Source: an uncultured delta proteobacterium
Lineage (GTDB): Bacteria > Desulfobacterota > Binatia > UBA9968
NCBI GenBank assembly: GCA_963840855.1
Contig: CAWJBB010000040.1
Coordinates: forward strand, 288,001-352,000
DNA: 64,000 nt
Reading direction: 5' to 3'
Shown one piece after another: positions 11,020-20,382 of the stretch; positions within the stretch are counted from its first letter, which is position 1; the number at the start of each line of letters is the position of its first letter. The notes beneath the pieces were generated by a model. That model saw only the letters and a list, made by a program, of their open reading frames with translations. It searched no databases and was not told the DNA's origin. A program made the position numbers and the translations under genes.

Positions 11020-11901
11020 ATGATTGAGCGAAGAAATCACTCACATTGCTCCACGGATTGCGTCAAGCGTTTTCCGCGCCAGAGGGCGGCGCGCCTGTGT
11101 GATCTCTACGGAGTGGACACCATCAGCACCGGCGGCACCTTGGCCTGGGCAATGGAATGCAGCGAACACGGACTGTTGCCCGAAGCTCGAGAGCTTGGCT
11201 TGCGCTTTGGCCAAGCGGATGCTCTTCTCGCTGCGATTCCGGCCATCGCCGAGCGTAGAGGCGTCGGCGCGCTATTGGCCGAAGGCTCAAAGCGCGCTGC
11301 CTGCGAGATTGGCGGAGAGAGTTTGTATTGGGCGATGCACGTAAAGGGACTCGAGCTTCCAGGATATGAGCCGCGCAGCTTGAAGACGATGGCTCTCGGC
11401 TTGGCCGTGAGTCCGCGCGGCGCCTGCCATAACCGCTCCGGCGCGTACGAGGCTGACTTCTCGGGCGAAGTCGATAGGCTGCGCGCTGACTCAGGGAGAG
11501 GGGCTCTGGTTGCAGCCTCGGAAGATTTCGCCGCGGTGCTCGATTCACTGATAGTCTGTAAATTCCTGCGCAAGTGTTTCACGGACTTTTACGGCGAGGC
11601 CGCCGAACTGCTCAATCGGGTCACCGGATGGAACTGCTCGGGCGCCGAATTGCGGCGCGCCGGCGAGCGAATCCATTCGCTCAAGAAACTTTTCAACATG
11701 CGTGAAGGTTGGCGGCCTGAAGACGACTGGCTGCCGCAACGCTTGTTGAGCGAAACTCTCCCGACTGGCGTGGCCCAGGGTGTCGGCTTAACCGCCAAAG
11801 AACTTCGGGAGATGATCCTGGGATATTATCGGGCAAGGGGATGGGACGAAAACGGATCTATTCCCGATCACAAGTTGGGGGAGCTAGGGATTCAAACATG
11901 A
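11020..11901 (+). pseudogene. Aldehyde:ferredoxin oxidoreductase, C-terminal half only
   Basis: CDLYGVDTISTG, LAEGS, HVKGLELPGYEPR, RGACH, DSLIVCKF, YYRARGWD. The N-terminal domain is absent. Confidence 0.82.
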
Positions 11902-11903
11902 AG

Positions 11904-11960
11904 AGTTTCTGGTTTCTGGTTGATTCGAAATTAGCAACCAGAAACTGGGAACTAGAAACT
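11904..11960. repeat. Inverted heptamer tandem repeat (GTTTCTG)n...(AGAAACT)n
   Basis: agtttctggtttctggtt ... aaccagaaactgggaactagaaact. Confidence 0.75.
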
Positions 11961-11971
11961 CTGGAGGAATC

Positions 11972-12151
11972 ATGCCAACCGATGAGACACGCCGCGTGTT
12001 GAAAGTGTTCGGCGTTGCGGTGACCGCCTTATGAAGACGCGGTGGACAAAGGGGCGCCACCCGAGGAAGCGCGAAAAGCCGAGGCGGAAGTCCGCGCCCG
12101 CCTCGAAGAGGTGACCGGCCTGATCGAGCGGCTGCGCGCCAAAAAGCAATA
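11972..12151 (+). CDS. Small helical hypothetical protein (about 59 aa), frameshift about 12029
   Basis: RBS GGAGG, MPTDETRRVLKVFGVAVTA / YEDAVDKG...RARLEEVTGLIERLRAKKQ*. Confidence 0.55.
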
Positions 12152-12220
12152 ACGCGCCCCTTTTAATCAGTACACACCAGAGGCGTATCTGGAACGTAAT
12201 TTTCGCTCCATTTTTTCCCC

Positions 12221-12248
12221 TTGACAAACATTTCCCCAGCGATAGTAT
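12221..12248 (+). promoter_or_regulatory. Sigma70-like promoter of the fdh operon
   Basis: TTGACA-N16-TAGTAT. Confidence 0.55.
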
Positions 12249-12390
12249 CTCGCCGAAGCATTATTGCGCGGTCTTAAGCCGTAAGCCGGCGAAGAAAAAT
12301 TCAATAGCTCATCCACTGTGAAATCATGTTGCTTGCCAATGTCTTCTTTTTTTCAGTCCACGACCCCGCCTCTGAAAAAGGAGTCAAAAC

Positions 12391-15300
12391 ATGGAGGTTT
12401 CACGACGAGATTTTCTGCGGCTTTCAGTCGCAGCAGGCACCGGCACGGCGCTCGGCGGCCTCATTGGTTCAGGCGTTAACTTAGGTCCGGCCGTCGCGCG
12501 GGCGCAGGAACTGAGAATCAAAGACGCCAAGGTCACCCCGAGCGTCTGCCCCTATTGCTCGGTGGGATGCGGCACGCTCATCCACACCGTCAACGGCCAG
12601 ATCGTCAATATCGAGGGCGACCCACGCAGCCCGCACAATGAAGGCACGCTTTGTCCCAAGGGCGCGGCCATCTTTCAGCTCCACGTAAACCCCAATCGTC
12701 CGATTCAGGTTCTCCACCGCGCCGCCGGCGCCGCCGATTGGGAGGTATGGGACCTCGAGCGTGCGATGAACCGCATCGCCGAGCTGGTGAAGAAAACGCG
12801 CGACGAGACCTTCATCGAAAAGCTCCCCAACGGCAAGCTCGTCAACATGACCCCCGCCATCTTCGCCCTGGGCGGGGCCACGCTCGAAGTCGAGTTCAAC
12901 CACGTGCATCAAAAGCTCATGCGCGGCCTCGGCATCGTGGCGATAGAGAACCAGGCGCGGATATGACACAGCTCTAGCGTCCCCGGTCTGGGGACACGCT
13001 TCGGTCGCGGCGCGGCCACCCTCTACCCCCGGAGCATGTACGACTCCGACTGCATTGTCGTCATGGGCTCCAATATGGCGGAGAACCATCCCGTCGCCTT
13101 CCGTTGGCCAATGAAGGCCAAGGTCGAGCACGGCGCCAAGATCATCCACGTCGATCCCCGCTTCACCCGCACCAGCGCCGTCGCGGATATCTACGCGCCG
13201 GTGCGCGCGGGATCGGACATCGCCTTTCTGGGCGGCGTCATCAATTATGTCATCAACAGCGAGAAGTGGAACACGGACCCGTTCTTCAAAAAATTTGTCG
13301 TGAACTACACGAACGCCGCGACGATCATCAACGAGGACTTCAAGGACACCGAAGATTTGGACGGAGTCTTCTCGGGCCTCATGCAGTCCAAGGGCGGGAT
13401 GCCGGAGTGGCCGTTCAACGGTTTTACCAATCAGTACGATGGCGCGACCTGGCAATATGCCCGCACGAAGGTCGGCGCCCAGGGTGAAGGGGCGGCGCCG
13501 ACGGCGAAGTCCGGTGAGACGCCCACATCGTCGGGACCGACCGGGACAAAACACCGGCGACGCCTGCATCTGCGCCTGCGTCAGCGGCCGCCAAAGCCCC
13601 ACAGGGGCCGCCCTTCGCGCCGCTCGTAGCGTCGTTGGTGCGACCGCCGGCGCTGAAGGACGAGACGCTGCAGAACCCGCGCTGCGTGTTTCAGATCGTC
13701 AAACGGCATTTCGCGCGCTACACGCCGGAAATGGTCGAGAAGGCCACCGGCTGTCCCAAGGAACAGTTTCTCAAGGTCGCCGAGACTATTCTGGCCAATT
13801 CAGGCGCGGACCGGACGACTTCGTTCGCCTACGCCGTGGCCTGGACTCAGCACACCTACGGCGTCCAGATCATCGGCGCGTGCGCGCTGTTGCAGCTTCT
13901 GCTCGGCAACATCGGCCGGCCGGGCGCCGGCGTCATGGCGCTGCGCGGCCACGCCTCGATCCAGGGCTCGACCGATATCCCTACGCTCTATCATTCGATC
14001 CAGGGTTATCTGGCGGCGCCGACGGCGCTGAAGAAGCACGACACGCTGCAAGATTACATCGCGGCCGAGACGATACCCACGGGCTACTGGGCGAACATGC
14101 CGAAATTCATGGTTTCATACCTTAAATCGATGTACGGCGACGCCGCGACCAAGGATAACCAGTTCGGCTACGACTGGCATCCGAAGATTCTCGGCGACCA
14201 CTCGCACATGGCGATGTTCGCGGCGATGAACGCCGGCAAGGTGAAGGGGATGATCTGCGTCGGGCAGAACCCCGCCACCTCGATCAACGCCAAGCTCGAG
14301 CGGGCGGGACTCAGGAAGCTCGAATGGCTGGTGGTGAAGGACAACTGGATCACGGAGACGGCAAATTACTGGAAAAATGCGCCGGAAGTCAAAAACGGCG
14401 AGGTGAAGACGGCCGACATCAAAACGGAAGTGTTCTACTTGCCGGCCACCCAGGTCGCCGAGCTCGAAGGCACCTTCACGAACACCCAGCGCCTGCTGCA
14501 GTTCCATCACAAAGCGGCCGAGGCCCCCGGCGATTGCCGGTCGGACACGTTGTTCAGCTACGATCTCGGCAAGCGGCTGAAGAAGCTTTACGCCAATTCC
14601 ACACTGCCGCGCGATGAAGGATGGAAGAACCTCGTGTGGGATTACGAGCACGAGGACGAAGCCGAGCGCAAAAAGGGCGAGCCTTCGGCGCTGAAGATCC
14701 TGAAAGAGATCAATGGCTTTTTCACCGAAGACTCCGCGCGCCATTGCGTCGGTTTCGGAGAGCTTCAGGACGACGGCTCGACGACTTGCGCGTCGTGGAT
14801 CTATTCCGGGGTCTATCCGGGCCGGGCAAGCTGCTCGCCGACAGGCGCACGCCCGACGCGCCGGGACAGCCGGGTGCTCAACTTCAGTGGGGTTGGGCTT
14901 GGCCGGCCAACCGACGTGTTATGTATAACCGCGCGTCGGCCGATCCCGAAGGGAAACCGTGGAGCGAAAAGAAAAAGTGGGTGTGGTGGGATGCGGAGGC
15001 GAAGAAATGGGCCGGCTACGATGTGCCCGACTATATCGCGGCGAAGCCGCCTACGGACAAAGCGAAACCCGGCGCGGCCGGCATGGATGCGCTTCCCGGC
15101 ACCGCGCCATTTATCATGCGGCCGGATGGTCTTGGATGGCTCTTTGTCCCGGCGGGGCTCGTGGACGGGCCGCTGCCGACGCACTACGAACCGGTCGAGT
15201 CGCCGGTCGCCAATTCGCTATACAAACAGCAGACCACCCCGGTCTTCAAGCACTGGAAGGATACCCCCGGCAACGAGCTGGCGAAGATGGGCGACCCGAA

Positions 15301-15691
15301 GTTCCCTTATGTCCTGACCACATACCGGCTGACCGAGCACTATCTCGCGGGCGGTATGAGCCGCTGGCTGCCGTGGCTGAACGAGCTGCAGCCCGAGCTG
15401 TTCGTCGAAATCAGCCCGGAGCTGGCGCAGGAGAAGGGCATCAAGAATCTCGACTGGTGCAAGATCTCCAGCCCGCGCACGCAGATCCGCGCCAAGGCTC
15501 TTGTCACGCGCCGGATGCAGCCCTTCAAGATCGACGGCAAAGTCATCCACCAGGTCGGCATGCCCTGGCACTGGGGTTATGAAGGTCTGTCCACGGGCGA
15601 CGTCGTCAACGAGTTGACGTCCCTGATAGCCGATCCGAACGTTTCGATGCACGAAGGAAAAGCGTTTGTGTGCAACGTCGAGAAGGCGTGA
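12391..15691 (+). CDS. fdnG: Formate dehydrogenase alpha subunit, selenocysteine-containing, Tat-exported; frameshifts about 13548 and 14820
   Basis: SRRDFLR Tat motif, CPYCSVGC...CPKG, NQARI-UGA-HSSSV, GSNMAENHP, LRGHASIQGSTD, TTYRLTEH, PWHWG. Confidence 0.95.
12976..13000 (+). promoter_or_regulatory. Bacterial SECIS hairpin
   Basis: GTCCCC-GGTCT-GGGGAC stem-loop starting 12 nt after the in-frame TGA 12964-12966, extendable by AGCGT/ACGCT. Confidence 0.85.
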
Positions 15692-15693
15692 AA

Positions 15694-15752
15694 ATCGTGA
15701 TCGTGCTCGTGACTCGTGCTCGTCAACTCACGAACACGAAACACGAACACGA
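15694..15752. repeat. Inverted 6-7-mer tandem repeat (CTCGTG)n...(CACGAA)n
   Basis: Directly visible between fdnG and fdnH. Confidence 0.75.
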
Positions 15753-15778
15753 CGGCTGGGATAGGAAAGGGGCACTTT

Positions 15779-16579
15779 ATGGCTGAGCCAATGGGTTTTT
15801 ACACCGACACCACCGTATGCATCGGCTGCAAAGCTTGCGAGGTGGCCTGCAAAGAGTGGAACCAGCTTCCTAGCACCAACGGCGGCCTGAACACGTTGAG
15901 CGGCGACAGCTACGACAACACGCGCCGTCTCGACGGCATCCACTGGCGGCACGTCAAGTTCATCGAGCAGTTCACGGAGGACCGGAAGGACGGCCGCTGG
16001 CTCCTGATGAGCGACGTGTGCAAGCACTGCGTCAACGCGCCTTGCCTCGAGGTCTGTCCGACGGGCGCGATCGTCCGCACAGAGTTCGACACCGTCGTAA
16101 TTCAATCCGACGCCTGCAATGGCTGCCGAGATTGTATTTCGGCCTGCCCGTTCGGCGTGATCGAAGTCAATCCGGCGTCGGGGACCGCGCAAAAGTGCAC
16201 GCTCTGTTACGATCGTCTGCAGGGCGGGATGGAGCCGGCCTGCTCGAAGGCCTGTCCAACCGATTCGATTCAGTTCGGCACAATTCGCGAGCTGAAAGAC
16301 AGAGCCCAAAAACGGGTGGAGCAATTGCACCAGACGGGCGAGAAGCGGGCCTACCTATACGGCGCGGACGAAAAGGTGCTCGGCGGGCTCAACTCGTTCT
16401 ACCTGCTGGTGGACAAACCGGAAGTGTACGGCTTGCCGCCCGATCCTAAAATGCCCACGCGCAATCTTGCGTCGGCCTCGTGGTTTTCCGTCTTGGGCGC
16501 TGTTTTGGTCGGTCTGATGGGCGTCATCAATTTCCGCAATCGGGGCGCCAGGCTGGAGGACGGTGAGGAGCGGCCATGA
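15779..16579 (+). CDS. fdnH: Formate dehydrogenase Fe-S beta subunit
   Basis: CIGCKACEVAC, CKHC..APC..VCP, CNGCRDC...CP, KCTLC..R...PAC; C-terminal TM helix. Confidence 0.92.
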   Translation: MAEPMGFYTDTTVCIGCKACEVACKEWNQLPSTNGGLNTLSGDSYDNTRRLDGIHWRHVKFIEQFTEDRKDGRWLLMSDVCKHCVNAPCLEVCPTGAIVRTEFDTVVIQSDACNGCRDCISACPFGVIEVNPASGTAQKCTLCYDRLQGGMEPACSKACPTDSIQFGTIRELKDRAQKRVEQLHQTGEKRAYLYGADEKVLGGLNSFYLLVDKPEVYGLPPDPKMPTRNLASASWFSVLGAVLVGLMGVINFRNRGARLEDGEERP

Positions 16580-17481
16580 ATACATTTCCCTCCAGCACCT
16601 ATTTCAGTGCTCCGCCGGACTGGGGCTGGCTCATCGTTTTTTACTTTTTTTTCGGCGGCCTCGCCGGCGGATGCTATTTTCTCGCCGTGCTGATCGATCT
16701 GCTTGGCCGGCCGGAGGACCGTCCTCTGGCCCGCCTGGGTTACTATGTCGCATTTCCGTGCGTGGTTTTGAGCGGGCTGCTGTTGACCCTTGATCTCAAT
16801 CGGCCGCTGCGTTTTTGGCATATGCTGATCGAGTCGAACACTTTTCGGCCGATGATCAAATTCTGGTCTCCTATGTCGGTGGGCTCCTGGGCGCTTTTGA
16901 TCTTTGGAATTTTCAGCCTGATCTCTTTTATCGGAGCGCTTGCGGAAGACGGCCGTCTCGACTGGCCGGCTTGGCGCAAAGTGCGTCCACCGGGAGTGCT
17001 GAGCGGCGTGATTGCCGTGCTCGGCGGGCTCGTCGGGTTTTACTTCGCCGGCTACACCGGAGTCCTTCTCGCTGTAACCAATCGCCCAATCTGGTCGGAC
17101 ACGCCTCTGCTCGGCATGCTTTTCGTCGTGTCCGCCGCGTCCATATCAGCGGCGTTGATGATCCTCCTCGCGCGTAGATCGAAATGGACGATGCCCGGTA
17201 TCGCCGCCCTGCACCGGATGGATGCGTGGGTAGTTGGTTTGGAACTTATTGTGCTGATCGCAGTCATGATCTCACTCGGACCCGTATTTCGCGCATGGCT
17301 GAACGCTTGGGGCCTGCTGCTTTTTTTCGGAGTCATCGTCGCCGGCATGCTCGTTCCCCTGGCTCTTTATTGGCGCCGGCAGTGGCTCGGCGAGCGTAAT
17401 CTCACCACGGCTGCGGTGCTGGTATTGGTCGGCGGATTTCTTCTGCGCCTGGTCATCGTCTTTTCGGCCCAAGGAGTGTAA
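16576..17481 (+). CDS. NrfD/PsrC-family membrane anchor
   Basis: W.W.I..Y.F.GG, DL.RP.RF, SPMS.G.W, YTG.LL...RP.W; about 8 TM helices. Confidence 0.9.
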   Translation: MNTFPSSTYFSAPPDWGWLIVFYFFFGGLAGGCYFLAVLIDLLGRPEDRPLARLGYYVAFPCVVLSGLLLTLDLNRPLRFWHMLIESNTFRPMIKFWSPMSVGSWALLIFGIFSLISFIGALAEDGRLDWPAWRKVRPPGVLSGVIAVLGGLVGFYFAGYTGVLLAVTNRPIWSDTPLLGMLFVVSAASISAALMILLARRSKWTMPGIAALHRMDAWVVGLELIVLIAVMISLGPVFRAWLNAWGLLLFFGVIVAGMLVPLALYWRRQWLGERNLTTAAVLVLVGGFLLRLVIVFSAQGV

Positions 17482-17482
17482 C

Positions 17483-17713
17483 GTGGGCGCATTGATTCTT
17501 TTCGTTGCCGTTTCGCTTTGCGTCGTCGGCTGCGCCAGCCCGGAGATGACGCGGACGCGCGGCGGCGGCCCGGGAGCCGATATTGGCAACCGCGATAAAC
17601 TTGTGCAGATGCACGAAGGCGCAAAGCCGTTCGAGAAAACTCCTAAGATCATTCCCACCAAGCATCCGCCTTTAGAACCTGCCAACCAGGCGGATCAACT
17701 CAGCCGCCGATGA
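17483..17713 (+). CDS. Small hypothetical lipoprotein
   Basis: Lipobox VVGC; translationally coupled between nrfD and fdhE. Confidence 0.7.
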   Translation: MGALILFVAVSLCVVGCASPEMTRTRGGGPGADIGNRDKLVQMHEGAKPFEKTPKIIPTKHPPLEPANQADQLSRR

Positions 17714-18576
17714 CGGCAATCGATACCGGCCTGCAAGATCTAAAGCGCCATCATCCGGAGTGGGAGCCGTGGCTCGCCGTCGTTCAGGCAATTCTACGCG
17801 AAATCGAAGATCCCAAATGGGACGGGGTTGTTCCGCTTCGCGCGCAGGCACAGAGCAAGGTTCCGCTCCTCGCCGAAGCCAAACTAGAGTTCGAGAAGAG
17901 TTTGGTTCGCCCGTTCTCGGAGCAGCTGATGGGCATCGCTTGCCGGAGCGGAACGCCACAGATGGCGACCTTGAAAGCGGCGCTACACGCCAAGTTGGAT
18001 GTTTTCACTCTGTTCAGAGCAGCGCTTAACCAGGATAGCGATCGTATAAAAGAAGCCGCGGTTGCTCTCGGCGCCGATTCCGAGGCGTTCCATGCGGTTG
18101 CGGTTTTAATGCCCGTGCCGTTCCTGCACGCTTGCAACCGCCATTGGGCACGCTCCATAGCGGTGAGCTGGATGGAAGGGTATTGCCCTGTGTGCGGCGC
18201 CTGGCCGGCATTTGCCGAGGTGCGCGGTATCGAACGGAGCCGCTACCTCCGCTGCGGCCGCTGCGGCGGGGAGTGGCAAGCGCGCCTATTGTTTTGTCCC
18301 TATTGCGGCAACACCGATCACAAAGAGCAGGTCTCGTTGGTGGCGGAGAGTAGTCCGAAATCGGCGGTGGACGCCTGCAAGCGCTGTCTGGGTTATGTCA
18401 AGATTTTTACCACGCTGCAGGGGAGCCCGCCCGCCAAGGTTATCCTCGACGATCTCGCCAGCGTTGAGCTGGATGTCGCCGCCGCCGGGCAAGGATACAA
18501 ACGCCCTCAAGGCGCCGGCTATTCTCTAAACGTAATGGTGACTGGAAACGGCGCATCGCGCGACCGCTTTGCCTGA
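17710..18576 (+). CDS. fdhE: Formate dehydrogenase accessory protein FdhE
   Basis: CPVCG, RYLRCGRC, CPYCG, CKRC..YVK, DDLAS..LD. Confidence 0.92.
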   Translation: MTAIDTGLQDLKRHHPEWEPWLAVVQAILREIEDPKWDGVVPLRAQAQSKVPLLAEAKLEFEKSLVRPFSEQLMGIACRSGTPQMATLKAALHAKLDVFTLFRAALNQDSDRIKEAAVALGADSEAFHAVAVLMPVPFLHACNRHWARSIAVSWMEGYCPVCGAWPAFAEVRGIERSRYLRCGRCGGEWQARLLFCPYCGNTDHKEQVSLVAESSPKSAVDACKRCLGYVKIFTTLQGSPPAKVILDDLASVELDVAAAGQGYKRPQGAGYSLNVMVTGNGASRDRFA

Positions 18577-18580
18577 AGCC

Positions 18581-18964
18581 ATGAGTGAAGGTAAGGAGTC
18601 ATTGCAATCTTTTCGCCCAGCCGACGTTTGCAGAGCCTTGCTCGCCGCGCTCGAGGGCGCCGAAGGGCGCAGAAAAAAACGCAAGCGCGATCAAACACCC
18701 GACGCCATCGGACTTGCGGTCAAGCGCGAGATCCTTGAACGGGTCGTTCAAGACGACCCTGACTCGGATATGTTCGAGGGGTGGCTGCTCAACTATTCCC
18801 AAAAAAGCGAGAGCAATCATTCCTCAGGCGCCGTATCGGCGATGGCTAGAGCAGTCCTCGACGAATGGCGCCTGGCCCATTCTATGCGTGATTTCAAAGC
18901 GTGGCTCGACCGCGGTGCGCCAAGCGATGATGCCGATGCCGGCCCCGCCACTCCGCGTCAGTGA
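18581..18964 (+). CDS. Hypothetical protein at end of fdh operon
   Basis: Starts 4 nt after the fdhE stop; basic motif GRRKKRKRDQTPD. Confidence 0.7.
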   Translation: MSEGKESLQSFRPADVCRALLAALEGAEGRRKKRKRDQTPDAIGLAVKREILERVVQDDPDSDMFEGWLLNYSQKSESNHSSGAVSAMARAVLDEWRLAHSMRDFKAWLDRGAPSDDADAGPATPRQ

Positions 18965-19012
18965 GAAATCCCCAAGGTAGTTGCTGAAAATATCGATAGA
19001 CTGCCGCCCACG

Positions 19013-20089
19013 TTAACGCAACTGCCCGCCGGCGATATGGACGAACCCGCTCATCTCGTGCGGCCAGGTCACGGCTTGGGCCTTGCACACATAGTTGGCG
19101 GTTATCTGGTCGAGTCGCGTTACCCCCAACAAGGCCATGTCGATGACGAGTTCTTCTTCGAGCAATTCGAGCACGCGCACCAATCCGGCCGCTCCGCCCG
19201 CGCCTAGGCCCCAGCCCTGGAGCTTGCCGATGGTCACCGCCTTGGCTCCGAACGCCAAGGCTTTGACGATATCGGTTCCGCGCGTCACCCCGCCGTCGAG
19301 CACGATGTCCGCTTTGCCCGCCGCGGCCTCGACGATTTCAGGTAGCGTATCGATGGTGCCCCGGCCATGATCCAACTGCCGCCCGCCGTGGTTGGAAACA
19401 TAAATCACGTCGACGCCATGCTCCACGGCCAATTTGGCATCTTCCGCCGTGGCGACGCCCTTTAAAATAAACGGCAAGCCGGCGATTTTTTTAATCGCAT
19501 CCATAGTTTCCCAGGTTAACATGCCCTGATAATGCCGATTCGTTTCAGATCTTCTGCTCGGCGGCTGCCAACGGTTGAGCAACGGCCGTTCGCGGCGGCT
19601 GTAGTGCGCGGTGTCGACGGTAAGACACAGGGCCATATAACCGGCCTTCTTGACCCGCCCGATGATTTCCGCGCACCAGTCCAAATCGCCGCGCACATAG
19701 AGTTGAAAAATCTTCGGGTGGTTCGTGCTCGCGGCGATTTCTTCCAGGCTCGGTTGCGTGACCGAGCTGACGAAGTTCATGCTGCCGAACTCCGCGGCGG
19801 CCTTCGCCACGGCGACTCCGCCCTCGGGCGTGATCGTTTGCAGCGAACCGATGGGCGCCATCATTACCGGAATGCGCAGCTTCTGTCCCAAGAAGGTCGT
19901 CGAAGTGTCGACTTTGGAAACATCCACCAGCACCCGCGGCCGCAACGCGAGGGTATCGAAGCCCAAGCGGTTGCGCCGCATGGTGGTTTCCGACTCCGCG
20001 CCGCCGGTTAAATAATCCCAGACATCCTGTGGCAGATTGCGGCGCGCCGCCTGAATGATTTCTTGGTTGCTGACATAATCGAGGCTCAT
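19013..20089 (-). CDS. FMN-dependent alpha-hydroxy acid oxidase/dehydrogenase (LldD-like)
   Basis: VSNHGGRQLD, DGG..RG.D, ILKG. Confidence 0.93.
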   Translation of the reverse strand: MSLDYVSNQEIIQAARRNLPQDVWDYLTGGAESETTMRRNRLGFDTLALRPRVLVDVSKVDTSTTFLGQKLRIPVMMAPIGSLQTITPEGGVAVAKAAAEFGSMNFVSSVTQPSLEEIAASTNHPKIFQLYVRGDLDWCAEIIGRVKKAGYMALCLTVDTAHYSRRERPLLNRWQPPSRRSETNRHYQGMLTWETMDAIKKIAGLPFILKGVATAEDAKLAVEHGVDVIYVSNHGGRQLDHGRGTIDTLPEIVEAAAGKADIVLDGGVTRGTDIVKALAFGAKAVTIGKLQGWGLGAGGAAGLVRVLELLEEELVIDMALLGVTRLDQITANYVCKAQAVTWPHEMSGFVHIAGGQLR

Positions 20090-20209
20090 GATTGAATCTC
20101 CTTTTCCGCGCGAGCAATGAAATAGCATTGCAGGCAAACTTTTATTGCCGGAACACTATCGAACCGGGCAGGCTGCTGTCAAACTGCTTCGCTGCGATTC
20201 ACTGTATGG

Positions 20210-20350
20210 TTCAGTCTCAGAAATCTTAGGGGCATCCCCGTGCTGCCGTCAGGACCACGTCGCCCCAATCGATACATCTGTGAGCTGACACTTCGTCGCG
20301 ACCCGCAGGGTAGTCCCGAAAAGAAAGGGAGGCACATGGCCTCCCTTTTG
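20210..20350 (+). ncRNA. Candidate small structured RNA
   Basis: Rod-like self-complementarity 20230-20317 followed by a terminator; no family recognised. Confidence 0.3.
20319..20349. terminator. Bidirectional intrinsic terminator
   Basis: AAAGGGAGGC-ACATG-GCCTCCCTTT with A/T tracts on both sides; downstream of ilvD. Confidence 0.85.
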
Positions 20351-20353
20351 ACG

Positions 20354-20381
20354 TTGAACCTTGAACTTTGAACTTTGAACG
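20354..20381. repeat. Heptamer tandem repeat (TTGAACY)x4
   Basis: ttgaacc ttgaact ttgaact ttgaac right after the ilvD stop. Confidence 0.8.
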
Positions 20382-20382
20382 G

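Noticed and set aside
12964-12966. Premature stop making fdnG a pseudogene
   Set aside because: The position and adjacent SECIS indicate selenocysteine.
12481-13602. 373 aa minus-strand ORF and other long overlapping ORFs (21220..22062, 46187..47050, 56928..57815)
   Set aside because: Antisense or alternate-frame shadows typical of GC-rich genes.
20230-20320. SRP RNA or 6S RNA assignment
   Set aside because: The SRP domain IV motif is absent and it is too short for canonical 6S; kept only as an unnamed candidate.
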